Positions 48,900 through 63,278 are shown, counted from the stretch's first letter. The stretch: DNA of 64,000 bases from Paraspadella gotoi (GCA_051294375.1 CM119268.1:1881486-1945485); one strand, 5' to 3'. The notes: generated from the sequence alone by a model not told the origin. Program-made: numbers and translations.

Positions 48900-51800
48900 T
48901 CTTCAATAGTTCAAGAACACTCTCGTTCTTCCTCTCCCTCCTCACATCTCACGTTCCCTCTCTCTCCCACACTGCATCACGTTCCCTTCCCTCACTACCC
49001 CTGCTTCTCTCTCTCTTACCCTTCTCCCACCACACTCACGTTCCTCTCTCTCACTAACGCCTCTCTCTCTCTCTCTCTCTCCCTCTCTCCCTACTCACAC
49101 CTCAACGTTCCCATCTCTCTCACTACGCTCTCTCTCTCTCTCTCTCCCTCTCTCCCTACTCACACCCTTACCCACGTTCCCTCTCTCTCACTACGCCTCT
49201 CTCTCTCTCTTCGTCTCTCCCTACTCACACCTCACGTTCCCAGCTCTCTCTCCCAACGCCTCTCTCTCTCTCTCCTCCCCTCACTCTCACGTTCCCTTCT
49301 CTCTCCCACGCCTCTCTCTCTCTCCCTACACCTCACGTTCCTCTCTCTCCCCCACGCCTCCTCCCTCTCTCTCCTCCCCTCACCTCACGTTTCCTCTCTC
49401 TCCAGGCACCTCTCGTCTCCGCCCCTCGTCCGCCCCCTCAGCCCCCGGCCTTTCTCACGTCTGAGCCGTCACAAACAAACGGCCGCGGATTCCGGATTGA
49501 CGGATAATGTGACCTCATTACGAAGACTTCACCACCTTTGCGATGATTGCGCCTTTTTTTTTTTTTTTTTTTTTGTTTGGCCTTTTGGCCCGAGAATTGA
49601 TTGGGCTTTCGACTTGAAAGATTTTGGGCTTCTGACTTTGACTTTTGACTTCGACTAATGACTTGGACTAAAGGGTTTGACTTAAATGAGTGAAGTTTGG
49701 ATTTTTTAAAAGTAAGATCGATCAAAAAAAAAAGATTTATAGTGATATAGATATCAGATAATAATGAATAATAATAAAAAAGATTGATAAAATTTAGTTA
49801 GAATATTTTCGGTAAGCTACATTGTTGCAAATCTATCTTCAACGTTCTTCGAAAGTTTAAAAAAAAAATAAAACTGGATTGAAAAATTTAATAACCTCTT
49901 GCCAATTAAAATCTCCACAAATATTTTCCCTTTTTTTTTTCTTTTTTCTTTTATCTTTTCGAAACCAGTACTCCCGTTTCAAAAAAGTAAACAATGCTTG
50001 CCAGATAATGACGTCCTACAATCGCCCAACATGAAAGGCAGAATCTATCAATACGCATTAGGATTTGCGGTTTTAAACGGGAATCAAAACAAAACGACAC
50101 AAAAACAATAACATAAAATGTTTCGGCGAAACAAAAGGGAATCGCTTCTTCTTCTTTTTGTTCTTCTCAAAAAAAAAAANNNNNNNNNNNNNNNNNNNNN
50201 NNNNGAAAGAAGAAAAAAAGAAACATTTAAAGAAACTTTTCTCGCGTCATCCGAGAATCAAAGAGTTATTTTCCGGTTTCTAGCGGCGCTTTTTTTTATT
50301 GTTCTAGTCCCCCAGAAGATTAAGCGTCTCCCGTCTTTTTTATAAAGTATGTTGCGTATCCCCTAATTTGCCCGCCCCAACAGGAAATAAGAAAGCGCCC
50401 GAAGACGCGTGTACCCCCCGCGCGCCTCGAACCCCCCCTCTCTAGCCGACGGGCCCAGTTTAACGTCGCTGCCGCCTTTTTCTGAGAGAAAAGAGAGAAG
50501 AGAGAAGCAAAAAGTCAATTAATCGCGCGAAAAAGGAAGCAAAGATTGGTTCTGTCGGTCGTCGTGCGTCTTGATTTTTTTTGTTTTTTTTTTTTATAAA
50601 TAAAATTTCGAGATTAAAGAGAAAAAGAAAAGACTAGAAAGAGAAGAGTACAATAATAAGAAAAAAGAAAAAAAGAGTCTGTTTGTTTGTTGATCCGGAT
50701 TTCATGCTTGTGTTCTCTTGTCCGTCTTTTCGGCCGCTAGCATCCTCCTCGCCTCCTCCTTCCTCTCGATCCGCCCTGCCTGCGTATCCTCTCCTCTCTC
50801 CTTTCCTCTCTCGTTCATTCTTGCTCCTTTAGAGACATTAAACGTCAGTCCTCCTCATTCCTTCTTCTTCCTCGGCGTGTTCGTTGATTCTGCCGCTCTT
50901 TTGCGCCGCCTGTATTGCTTGCTGGGCGCTTTGGTTTGTGTTGCTCTCCTCCTCCTCTTGGCCTCCTCTCATCCAACGCACGGCGGATGGCTCTTTTCTT
51001 TTTTCGAGGTAAGGATTCCGTCCCGTAGGTACTATGGTGCCGCGTAGCTATTCTCGTCGCTACTATATCTGCTGCGTATTCTGCGTATCCTAAAGAATCT
51101 CTACTCCCAGCGCACGCGCACATCCTATGGAGATTCGCTCTGGCTCTTTCCGATTAGCCGGGCGAATCCTTTCCACTGAATACCCTCGCTCTTCCTCGGC
51201 CATCCTTGAGCAATGTTGTGGAGCCTACGCGCTCAGCCGTTCGGTAATCCTGCAGCGGTCGTGATACTAGATGTGAAATCAGCGTCCTTGACTCTCCGCG
51301 AATGTAATCCACCGTCATCACCCCAATAAGATGATACCTGTGCATCCTGCCTCTTACGTATATGCATCGAATATATCTTATAGTGTATTCATTGTACCAT
51401 GTAAACGCTTGCCCTCTCCGATGCTGCAACATCCCTGCGCTACTGCGCCCGATTATATGATGCCCGACCAGCAGCGCTCGCTCTGTCATGCGGCTTGTGA
51501 GTAATAGCCGACGAGTTGGATGCGCGACCCGCTCGATGCCGTGACCTTGTACGCGCGAAATCAATTGTTCACGTCCGTATAGTCGACGACTCTTATACGC
51601 CTGTCCAGTGCTTCAATCCTCACTACCTCAGCTCTCCACTGTCCAAAAAATCTTTTGTTATGTTGATCCGGATTTCATGCTTTTTCTCTTTCCTCTTTTC
51701 GCGCTTCATCCTCCTCCTCCTCCTCCTCCTCCCTATCTCCCTCCTCTTCCTCTTCTTCTCCCTAGAGAATTAAACCGAGTCCTTCCTCATCCTCTTCTTC

Positions 51801-53454
51801 CTCCTTTCGTATTCCCGCTCTTTCGCCGTCCTTATTCTTCGGGTTTGTTTCTCTCTCTCCTCCTCCTCCTCCTCCTCCTCATCCAACCACGCGGCATCTC
51901 TTCTTTTTCGAGGTAAGTTCGTCCTCATGTTCATCTCGATTTCTCTCAACTTACCCAAGACGAAATCGTTTGCTCTTTCGAAGCGATCCTTTCCTTTCCT
52001 TTCCTCCTCTCCTTTGACATTTTTGACCCGGTAATGACAGTTCCTGACCCGAATGTCACTCACCAAAGAGAACCGACCCAAAAAGAACAATGCCAAATGC
52101 CTCTCCTAGAACATCCTGCCCGAAATGCCCGACCAGAGGCGCCCGACGATTGATGCCCGACCCGCGATGCCTGACCTTGGCGCGAAACTCAATTTTCACC
52201 GCTTAACTTACCCTGTCCTCACTTTTCCTTTCCCCCTTTAAAAAATGGCGCCCAACTTGATTAATCTTCTCTCCTCTTCTTCCGACAGCGAATTGTATCT
52301 ATGTATTAAATTGGTAAAACCAATATAAAAATTATTCATTCATTTAAAGAATAAGCTATCTTGACTTTGGACAATGGACAGGCTGCGATACTCATCGATT
52401 CATATTTAGTTACCAAACTTTCCCCACTTTGTATTTCACTGATCTCCTTTCCCTTATTTTAAATAATAATTGTTTATATTTCTTTCCTTTACTCTCCCTC
52501 TTCCCCATTTTNNNNNNNNNNNNNNNNNNNNNNNNNNNNNNNNNNNNNNNNNNNNNNNNNNNNNNNNNNNNNNNNNNNNNNNNNNNNNNNNNNNNNNNNN
52601 NNNNNNNNNNNNNNNNNNNNNNNNNNNNNNNNNNNNNNNNNNNNNNNNNNNNNNNNNNNNNNNNNNNNNNNNNNNNNNNNGGGGCTGATACTAGTCTCAG
52701 GGCCGAGCCTCTATTTTAGCTCAGCAAGTTCCCCCCCTTGTCTTCTTCCTCTTCCTCTTCCTCTCCTGACAGCCCACATCGTAGCCAAACATCCTTAACC
52801 CCAAAATCAATTCAGGCCGATTCCATACTTCAAGAATGATATTAAATGTTTTAAACTTTCCAAAAATCGAATACGCGATTTAATAACTATTTTAACTACT
52901 CGCTGTTTTAATACTCAGCTCTGAAGAATGGTCCAACAACTTTCTAGAATCATGAAATATGTATATTATATAATATTCGAAAACGCCGGGTCTGGTTTGA
53001 AAAGTTTTATAATTAGTATTGTCCCTTATAAAAACTACAATCACTATGTTTCTTCCACAATCCACGCCCTATATTTCCTCTATCTCTTCCACACCCCGGG
53101 TCCCAATCATTAGCCCCCCCCCCTTCCCGACCCCATCTTCTCGTATTTCGATTCCAAAATCACAAATATACTTTTGAGGATTCGTGTTTTAAAACCGAGA
53201 GATCGAAATTATTTATTATTCTTCGTCGAGAAAAGCGACGCCTCCTCGCGATTCTCNNNNNNNNNNNNNNNNNNNNNNNNNNNNNNNNNNNNNNNNNNNN
53301 NNNNNNNNNNNNNNNNNNNNNNNNNNNNNNNNNNNNNNNNNNNNNNNNNNNNNNNNNNNNNNNNNNNNNNNNNNNNNNNNNNNNNNNNNNNNNNNNNNNN
53401 NNNNNNNNNNNNNNNNNNNNNNNNNNNNNNNNNNNNNNNNNNNNNNNNNNNNNN

Positions 53455-53486
<32 letters not shown>

Positions 53487-56400
53487 CCTCCTCAACTCTA
53501 TTCCTCATTCCGCAATCACCCTTCCTTTCTCAAAAATCAGCTGAGAGTTTCTTACCTTAAAATGTTTTATGTTCTTAGTGTTGATAACGCGGCAATCGTT
53601 GTTGTTATTGTTATTTTTATACCATCAGCTTAAAGTTAAATAGGAAACTCTCTTCCCCTTTACAATCCAACATGGCTCCAACATNNNNNNNNNNNNNNNN
53701 NNNNNNNNNNNNNNNNNNNNNNNNNNNNNNNNNNNNNNNNNNNNNNNNNNNNNNNNNNNNNNNNNNNNNNNNNNNNNNNNNNNNNNNNNNNNNNNNNNNN
53801 NNNNNNNNNNNNNNNNNNNNNNNNNNNNNNNNNNNNNNNNNNNNNNNNNNNNNNNNNNNNNNNNNNNNNNNNNNNNNNNNNNNNNNNNNNNNNNNNNNNN
53901 NNNNNNNNNNNNNNNNNTCCTTTTTTCCCTTTTTTTTCTTTCCTTTTTTCCCCCCTTTTCTTCTTTCGGGCCGAAAATAGTTCCAACCCAGAACCTGATG
54001 GCTTTTAATATCGACCTCTAGGTCTTATGAAAAAGGTCTTAGTTACCTCAAAACTATGATTGACTATTAATCAAAAACCATAGATATATTAAGTCAAAAT
54101 CGTTTTATCATAGTAGTAAAAAAAAAATAATTAAAAAGCATTATAAGTTTTATGAAAACCTTACTTAATCCTCTTCTAAAACTTCATCTTTATCGTGAAA
54201 GACTTTTCTTAACCCAGAGGTCTAACATTTTCTCACCCTCTCTATCCCTAACTCCCCGTTAACCCTTAAGAGGGTAACCATGTCATTCGAAACCCCTTTC
54301 CCCCCATTTCCCCCCCCTTTCCCCCCTTCCCCCTTACTACTCCAATAAACCCCCTTTTCTTAACCACCCGTTGGTTTTTTGTTTCAGAGAAAAACTTTGA
54401 CGGTCGAGAGAATTCCTTAGTTAGGAGGAGAAAACTACGTAGCATCCCTTAAACGGGTTTTTTTTTTTAATACTGGAAAGAATAAAAGTTAAGTTACTGC
54501 AATTAACGTGTACAATTAATTTTAGTTAAATATTTAAATAGTTAAAGTTAAATTAAATCACTTCAGTAAAACTTTTCTTCTCATTGACTAGAAAGTTTGT
54601 TAACATCAATTATTATTTCCCGAACCTGTTTTAACCTTACAGACAAATAGTTCCAAGATAGAGGCTCACACTATCACCAGGGCCTAGATACCCATCCTCC
54701 CAGAGTTCAATTAGGGCTTGTTTTTTAAATCATAATAAAAATCGTTGTTTAAAACTAAAATCAAACTCTGTCTTAAATCATGCTAAATATTTAGTATTTA
54801 CTAAGGGCTTGAAGAGTAGAGTTTTTCCCAACATATTACGGTTCCGTTCTGTCCGTTCTGTCCACGCATCTGAATAAAAACAGAAAAACAGAAAAAAACC
54901 AACAGAANNNNNNNNNNNNNNNNNNNNNNNNNCTTTCTTTTTTTTCGTTTATTTAGGTTTTTGTATTTTTTGTGTTGTTTTTTTTTTTTTTTTTTTTCTT
55001 TTCTTTTTGTTTTGTCCTTTTCTTTCTTTCTTTTTTTTGTTATTTTTTTCCTTTATTTTCTTTTTTTTTTTTTTTTTTTTTTTGTTGGTTTTTTCTTTTT
55101 TCTCTTTTTCTTTTTTTTTTTTTTCCTTCTTTTTTCTTTCTTCTTTTTCTTCTTTTCTTTTTTCTTTTTTTTCTTCTTTTTTTTCTTTTTTTTCTTTTTT
55201 CTTTCTCTTTTTCCTTTTTTTTCTTTGTTTTTTTTTCCTTTTTTTTCTTCTTTCTTTCTTTGTTTTTTTTTTTTCTTCCCTTCTCTCTTTTTCGTCCTCT
55301 TTTTTTCCTTTTCTTTTTTTTTCTTGTTCTTTTTCTTCTTCTTTGGTATTTCTTCTCTTTTCTGTTGTTTTCTTTTTCTTGTTTTTTTGCTTTTTTTTGT
55401 CTTTTTCTCGTTTTTCTTTTTTTTTTTTTTTTTTTCCTTTTTCCTTTTTTGTTTCTTTCTCTTTTTTTTGTTTTTTTTCTCCTTCTTTTTTTTTCTTTCT
55501 TCTTTCTTTTTGTTCTTCTTTTTCTTTTCTTTTTTTTTTTTTTCTCTTTCTTTTTTTTTTTCCTTTCTCTTTCTTTTTGTTTTTTCATCTTCCTTTTTCT
55601 CTTTTTTTTTTTTTTTTATTGTTTTCTTTTCTTTCTCTCTCCTTTTTCTGTCCTTTTTTTTTTCTTTCTTTTTTTTTTTGTTTTTTTCTCCTTTTTTTTT
55701 CTTTTTTTTTTTTTCCTTTTTTCTTTTCTTCTTTCCTTTTTTGGTTTTCTGCTTTCTTTTCCTTTTGTTTTTTCTTTTGTTTTTTTTCTTGTTTTTTTTT
55801 TTCTTTTTTTTTTTTCTTTTTTTTCTTTTTTTCTTCTTTTCTTTACTTTTTCTTTTTCTTCCTAATTTTCTTCTCTCTCGTTCCATCTTTCCATTTTCTA
55901 TGTCTTCTTTTTTTCTGTTCTTTTTTTTTTTTTTCTCTTCTCTTTTTTGCTCCCTCTTTCCTTTCTATCTTTTTTTTTCTTTTTCTCCAGTTCCCTTGTT
56001 TTTGCTTTTCTTTTTTTTTCCTCCTGCTTCATTTTTTTTTTTTTCTTTTTTTGTTTTCTCCTACTCTTTTTTTTTTTTGTTGTTTCCTTTCTTTTTTTCT
56101 TCTTTTTGTTATTCTTATTCGTTTTTTTTTTCTTTTTCCTCTTCTTTTACTCTTTTTTTTTTTTTTTTCTCTTTTTTTTTTTTCTTTTCCTTGGCATCCT
56201 TTTTTTTTATATTCTTCCTTTTCTTTTTTATATTTGTTTTCTTTTATCTTATTTTGTCTATTTTTTCTGTTTTTTTATCGTTGGTTTCTTTTTTTACTTT
56301 TTCTCTTTTTTTTCTCTTGTTCTCTTCTTTTTCTTCCTTTTTTTTTTTTTTTTTTTTTCTTATTTTTTTCTTTTTTTTTCTTCCTTTTTTTTTTTTTTTT

Positions 56401-59400
56401 ATTGTCTTCTTTTTTTCCTTTTTTCATTTTTTTTTTTTTTTTTCTTTCATTTCTTTTCTTCTTCTTTTTTTTCCTTTTTTTTTATTTTTTTTTTTCTTCT
56501 TTTATCTTTCTCTTTTTTTTCTGTTTTGATTTTTTTTAGTCATTTTCGTTTTTTTTCTTCATGTTTTCTTTTCTTTTTTTTTTCTTTTTCTGTTCTCTTT
56601 TTCTTTGTTTTTTTTCTCTTTATTTTCTTCTCTCTTTCTCCCTTCTTTTTTGTCGTTCGTTTTCTTGTCTGTTTTTTCTTGCATTTTTGCTTTCTCTGTT
56701 TTTTTTTTTTTCCTTCTCTGCTGCTTCTCTTACTTTGTGTCCTTTTTGTTTCTTATTTTTTTTGTTGGTTTTTCTTTTCTTTTTTCTTTTTTTTTTAGTA
56801 CGCCCTCTTTTTCTATTTTCTTTTTTGCCTTTCGTCTCTGCCTTCTTTTCTTTTTTTCTCTTTACTCTCCTATTCCTCCTTTCGATATCCCCCCCATCAT
56901 ATCCCAACTCTCCTATATTCCTCGGATTTTTCTCTTCTCTCTCCTCCTCCTATTCCATCCTCCTCCCCTCATCCAACCACGCGGCATCTCTTTCTTTTCT
57001 CGACCCACCAGTTAAGTCGCCTCCTCGAGGTTCATCTCGATTTCTCGTTACACACTACCCCCCAAACGATACATCGTTTGCTGTCCTCTCCCTCCACAGC
57101 GATCCTTTCCTTTTCCTTTCTCCTCTCCTTTGACATTTTGACCCCGGGACATGACAGTCCTCTGGACCCAAATGTCAGCTCACCCAAAGAGCCATACCCG
57201 ACCGCACACAAAGGAACAAGCCAAATCGCCTCCTAGAACATCCTGCCCGAAATGCGCCACCAGAGCGCCCGACGCGTTGATGCCCGACCGCGCATGGCCT
57301 GACCGTTTGGCTCAATTTCACCGCTTAAACTGTACCCTTCCCACCTTTCCTTTCCCCCTTTAAAAAATGGGCGCCCAACCTTGATTAATCTTCGCGTCCC
57401 CTCCCTCTCCGACAGCGACATCTTAGGGTCTATGTGATTAAATTGGTAAAACCAATTATAACAAATAGTTCAGTTCAAACTTAACGGAAGATGATAGAGC
57501 TATGCTTGACGCTTTGACAATCGGACAGCTTACGAATATATGAATTGTTATTATTGTGCTTTCCTTACTCTCCCTCTTCCCCATTTTCTCACCCCCCCTC
57601 CAAATCTTCACCCCCCCCATGACATTAAAGTTCCTTCCCTACGCTGAGGTTTCGTTTGACACAATCTGCTGGTGATATTTTTTTTTCGGTTCGCTGAGGG
57701 CGGTGTCCTCCCTGCCCCTCCTCTCTTCGCCTCCATTGCCTCCTCCCAAACCTTCTGTCCCCGGTTCTTCGCCCCACCAGAGGCCCTGCCCTTTTTTTGC
57801 TCTGCGCCCCATGCTTTGATTCCCCCAAGCGCTCGCGTGCTAACCTGATGATCATCGAGTGTCTACCGTAGCCGTCTATTATATTAAGCTCAGCCAATTT
57901 CCTCCCCGCCCTCTACTCTTCTCAGTTCCCCTTCCCTTCCGATCGCCCAATCGTAGCCAAACACTCCTTAACCCTCGAAAATCAATTCAGGCCGATTTCC
58001 ATACTTCAAAATATGATATTAAATGTTTTATAACTTTCCAAAATCGAATACGCCATAATAACTAGTTTTAACTACTCGCGCTTGTTTTAATACTTCAGCT
58101 CTGAGACATGGTCCACACAATCTTTCTAGAATTCATGAAATGATGTATATTTATATAATATTCGAAAACGCCGCTGGTCTTGGTTTGAAAATTGCTATAA
58201 TTAATATTGTCCCTGATAAAAACTACAATCTCTTATTTTCTCTCCACAAATCCACACGCCCCTATATGTTTCCTCTCATCCTCTTCCACACCCCGGGTCC
58301 CACATCATTAGCCCCCCCCTTCCCGGACCCCATCTTCTCGTACTTCTTCGAATTCCAAAATCACAAATATACTTCTTAGAGATCCGTGTTTTAAAACCGT
58401 GAGAGATCGAAATTATTTATATCTCTTCGTCGATGAAAAGCGAGCCTCACCTCGCGCTTGCTCAGGAGATGAGAGATGAGACGAGAAGGGATGAGAGAGA
58501 GAGACAGTGGTTCGGGATGGTGAGAATGAATGATGAGAGAGATTGAGAGAGGGAGAGAGAGAGAGGACCCTCCTCGAACTCTATTCCTCAATTTCGTCAA
58601 TCACTCCCTTCCTTTCCTCAAAACGCTGAAGAGGTTCTACCTTAAAATGTTAATCAGTTGTGGTATCGCCTCTGCATTTTTAGGACATGTTGGGATAACG
58701 CGGCAAGTCGTCTGTTGTTACTTGTTATTCTCTGCACTGGTTGATTGCCATCACTTAAAGTTTAAATAGGAATATCTCTCTCTCCCCCTTTACGGAATCC
58801 AACATAGCGCCATCTGAGAAACTCTACCCAACTAACCCTCCCCCGCAAAACCCTGAAAATCCGCTGAACCCCCTACGGGATCCTGTCATTCGAAATCTCC
58901 CCCGCCATCTTCTTCGAGTCCCAGGGGTTCTTCCCCCCCGCCTCCGCACTCGATGTCTCCCCCGGGTCTGTCACGCCCCCGTTTCATTCTCACTGCAGCT
59001 CCTTTCCCTTGCTTTTCCCTTTTCTTTTCGCTTTCCTTATTTTTCCCCTTCTTTCTTCTTTCCGGCCGAATGATAGTTCCACCAGAGACCTGATGGCTCC
59101 TTTTAATAATATCCGAACGCTCCTTTTCTCGGTCTTGTGAAAAAAGTGCTTGAAGTCTACCTCAAAACTTACTTGATGACTATTAGACTCACTGAAACCA
59201 CTAGATTGTATATTAAGTTTCCCAAATTCGTCTTTTATCATAGTAGTAAAAAAAATAATTAAATAAGCATTATAGTTTTTATGAAAACCTCCCACTTACT
59301 CCTTCCTCTAAACTTCATCTTTATCGTTGAAGACCTTTTCTTAACCCAGAGGTCTATACATTTTCCACCGTTCTCATCCCTAACTCCCCGTTTAACCCCT

Positions 59401-60150
59401 TATACGAGGTTATACCATTCAATTCGATAACCCCTTGTCCCCCATTTCCCCCCCACCTTTTCCCCCTCCCCGTCACACTACTTCCCACAGAACCCCTTTT
59501 ACTTAACACCCGTTTTTTTGTTTCAGACGAACAATACTCTTGACCGGTCTAGACATGAATTCTTAGTTAGGGGAGACACGTAGCATACCTAAACGGGTTT
59601 TTTTTTTTAATACTGGAAAGAAATAAAAGTTAAGTTACTGCAAATGAAACGTGTACAATTAATTTTAGCTTAAACTTGTTTAAGATAGTTCAAGTTAAGA
59701 TTAAACACTCAGAAAACTTCTCTTCTCCATTATGAACCTTCGAAATGCGCTCTATCCTGGTTCCGTGCTTCAATTCCCCAATACTATCTGAGGTATTTAT
59801 TATATGCGTGCGCAAATGACTCGTACTAACCTTACAGCACAAATATTCCAAAGATAGAGGCCTTCACACTATCACAAACAGTTCAGACTGCCTTTAAGTC
59901 TAGACGCTTCCTTAAACTATCCCATTCTTCTCTGCTAGTCCCCAGACATCTCATATACGGTCTGACTTCAATTTATTTAACGTCTTAGTCGCTTTATTAA
60001 ACTCTACTAATAAATCGACTGCTATCGGCTCTCTTATAAACCATTATACAATATCATTATCCAGTTACTTCTTACTTAAATTCACATGTTAACTATATTA
60101 CCGTATTACTATCTGACAAGCCTTCAATGCCAGTAGTCATCGTAGTCCTT
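48900..60150. other. Low-quality assembly segment: N gaps, about 1.8 kb of T/C low complexity, and indel-rich duplicate copies of one region of about 3 kb
   Basis: 51660-54840 recurs at about 56760-60100 and partly at 50690-51570. The differences are dominated by small indels, and there are five N runs. Confidence 0.8.
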
Positions 60151-61139
60151 AATCACAGTAGCTACTACTTCTTTCATATCTCCAGACACCTCCCATCCGG
60201 AAATCTGCCATTATTGGACATCGGTCGGCCAAATGCTAACTTCCGTGGATAACTCCACTTAAGACGCCTGCAAAGGACTTGGTTAACCTGCCTTCCGACC
60301 TCGTGAAGCCACGGGATAAGAGCGCTTTGGTGGGAAGCAATCGCCATCTCGAAAAGGCATGTTAAAACCAGACGAAAATCTCATCAGAGAAGTGTTGTCA
60401 CTTTTCACATAACCTTAAATTTAGTTTGACGTGAAAAAAAAAGTTATAAAAGAAAGTGGTTTAAGACACTCACCGAATTAATGTTTATATATACATCGAA
60501 GAGAAAAAAAAAAGTGAAATATGATTTATTTCATGTACCTATCTTCCTCAAATTTCGATGAAATGCATCCGCTGTTTCTCTCTTCTCCTCTCTCTCTCTC
60601 TCATACTCTCTACTCGTCTCTCTCTCTCTTCTTCTGCTTCTCCCTGCTGTCATTAAACGCACTCCTCATCCTCTTCAATCTTATATCTAGGTACAAGACT
60701 TATTGAAATTATGATGAATTTCCTTTTTATTACCTCTGAAACCGACTCGTCTTGTCTTTCCGGCCGCGGTCGTCGTGTCGTCGTCGTCAGTCGTTGTATC
60801 GTCTTCGTCCCTCTTCGCTTCGTTTTCTCTCTCCTTTTTTTCTGCTCTATTTGCCTCGTCGTCATCGTGCGTCGTCGTCGCCATTGCCGCTTCGTGAAAA
60901 AAAGCTTCATTTTCCTCGTCGTCGTCGTCCTAGCGTCGTCGTCCTCATACGTAGCGTCTCATCGTCGCGGGGCTGCGAAAATCCCGCTTCCCTCAAGCCG
61001 AAAATCGACACAAGAAATAATTTTCCTTCTTTCTCCGATGAATATGATTCATCGTAAAATCGGCTAACAAAAAAAAGGGAAAAAAGAGAGAAAGAGAAAG
61101 GAGTAGAGAGAATTTAAGAATGTTCTCTGAACTTTGATT

Positions 61140-61169
61140 CTCTCTCTCTCTCTCTCGCTCTCTCTTCTC

Positions 61170-61212
<43 letters not shown>
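61140..61212. repeat. (CT)n microsatellite
   Basis: Interrupted CT run. Confidence 0.9.
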
Positions 61213-63060
61213 AACTTGATTTTACGTTTCTCTCTCCTCCTTTTTCAAGCTGAGCCGAACAGGTCTGATGTTTTTTTTTTCTGGGGGAGACATTTCGAAA
61301 GAGAGAACTGAAAATATCGAGAGAGCGAGAGACGAAATGCGAAGTGATCGAGAGAGCGAGACGAAAAAAGAAACGAGGATGAAACTCGGAAATCTTCGTC
61401 GTCGCCAACGGAATTAAAGCCGCCGCCGCCGCCGCCGCCGCCGCCGCCTCCGCCGCCGCCGCCGACGCGTTGCCGACCTCCAAAACTCCCAAAAATCTTC
61501 GATCTCAGATCGACGGACGCATCTTTCGTTTCCATGACGACGAAATCCGCGACGCGCGTCGCTTCGGCGCCGACAAGGGCGACGCCGTCGTCATAGCGAC
61601 GGAGGACGACTTGAGAAACGCGAAGAATTCGATCGGCGGAAGATTTGACGAACGATTCCAACTTCGCCTCTTGACTGAAGATCAACTTCTTGTCTTCATT
61701 CTACCGCAATTTTCTCTCCCTCTGTGAAGAAGTTTTAGTCTTCATTTTAGTCTTCATTAATACTTCATCTAAAACCACATCCCTCTCTACTCAAACTGCG
61801 CACTTTTTCACCGTCTCTGTCTCAATCTATCTTTTTCTTAAAACTCTCTAACTCCATCTCCCCCCTCCGTCACTTCCCCCCCCCCCAAAGCACGTCGTCG
61901 TCTTCTCGAGCGGCGGATTATCGCGCGCTTTCCCGCTGATCGCCGATCGCCGCGGATCGCAACGCGCCCCCTTAAGCGGGTCACAGCGCCCTCCCGCGGA
62001 TCGCAGCGTCCTTTGCGGATCACGACGCTCTCCCGCCGAGCGCCCAGCGCCGTCGCGTAACGACGACGCGCGACTAGGGAGCAACGTAAACGTTTTTTTT
62101 TATTACGCGGTTGTACGTTTTCTTGTTTTATTTATTTCGTCATCGTCGTCGTTCGTAATCGTTTTTACCGTCGTCGTCGTCGTCGTCGTCATCGTTGACG
62201 GCACCAAAAACCGATTATCCAAAAACGACGAAATGACGATTTAACCTTCGACGAAATTTTTCTCCCATTTTTGTTCGGATTTTGTTAATTTGTGACGATT
62301 TTTTTTTTACGTTTGGCGCCAAAAGTGGAAGAGATTTTCGAGTATCTCTCCTTTTTTAACTTCGAAATTTCCTGGTTATATTTTTTCGCTTCTTTCGAGT
62401 CCGAAATTTGTCAACCGCTTCCGGTATCGCTTCCACGAGCGCTTCTTCATTTCTCAAACACTTCCGCCCCCCAAGCCCCCCGGAATCTCGACTCTCAACG
62501 CTCGATCGAGCTGCTTGTAGTTTCTCCGAATTTAACCCAAAAATAGAACAACCAAAGATCTAATTTAAAACGCAATCGCACGACTCTGTCTCGCGATTCT
62601 CAATATAGAACGACTCTGTCTCGCGATTCTTAAAAACCAAAGTAAAACCTTTGGAGAAGGTTAGATTGTATAACAATATATAATAAATTTAATATATCTT
62701 CTCATTTCAATGATGTAGCATTTTAGACTATTAACCCAATATTTCAATTTTATATTAATAAAGCTGGTTTTTCGTTTCTGATCTTCAATTTTTTATTATC
62801 ACCGCCATACATAAAACGGACCGTAAAAGCTTTAGCCTTTGATAAGAATGAACTTACATTGTTTTACGAATAACCCAATTATTAAATGTCAAAATTTTAA
62901 TAATTTGTTAGAAGTTAAAATTTAAAATTTCAACCGTCGATAACAGATAAACAACCGTGTTATCCAGAACCTCATATTCAATCTTACTAAACTAAAGTTG
63001 ACCAATCGGACCCAATCAGAGACTGACCCACTCAGCCCTCTACTCACCCATTCCCCTCAC

Positions 63061-63278
63061 CTGCTCCTGCGTGAATCCAAACGAAGGCAGCGGCGGCGAA
63101 GACCCAAGCGGCGTCCCGGCGCCCATTGTAGCGGCGTTGTTCGACGCCAGGTTGTTGTGGACGGCGCCGACGCCGTGAGGATGGGCGGCGCCGCTAGAAT
63201 ACCGGCGCCATTGACTCGCCCGACGTCGTTGTTGTTCTGCAAAGCCAACTGACACGCCTCACTCATTGAGCTCATCAT
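63061..63278 (-). CDS. SIX1: First coding exon of a Six1/2 (sine oculis) homeobox gene; start uncertain (ATG at 63126 in frame, or at 63278 with a frameshift)
   Basis: ...MGAGTPLGSSPPLPSFGFTQEQ followed by the donor GTGAGG at 63060. LPSFGFTQEQ(VACVCE) is the diagnostic start of the Six1/2 SIX domain. Confidence 0.75.

Noticed and set aside
48858-49658. 266-aa Ser/Leu ORF
   Set aside because: Translation of a CT-rich degenerate repeat.
54933-56800. Poly-Phe and poly-Lys ORFs of 180-520 aa
   Set aside because: T/C low-complexity sequence next to an N gap; it lacks stops for compositional reasons and is probably a base-calling artefact.
61211-61727. ORFs around a (GCC)n tract as Six exons
   Set aside because: No SIX-domain or homeodomain residues in any frame; more likely UTR or regulatory sequence.
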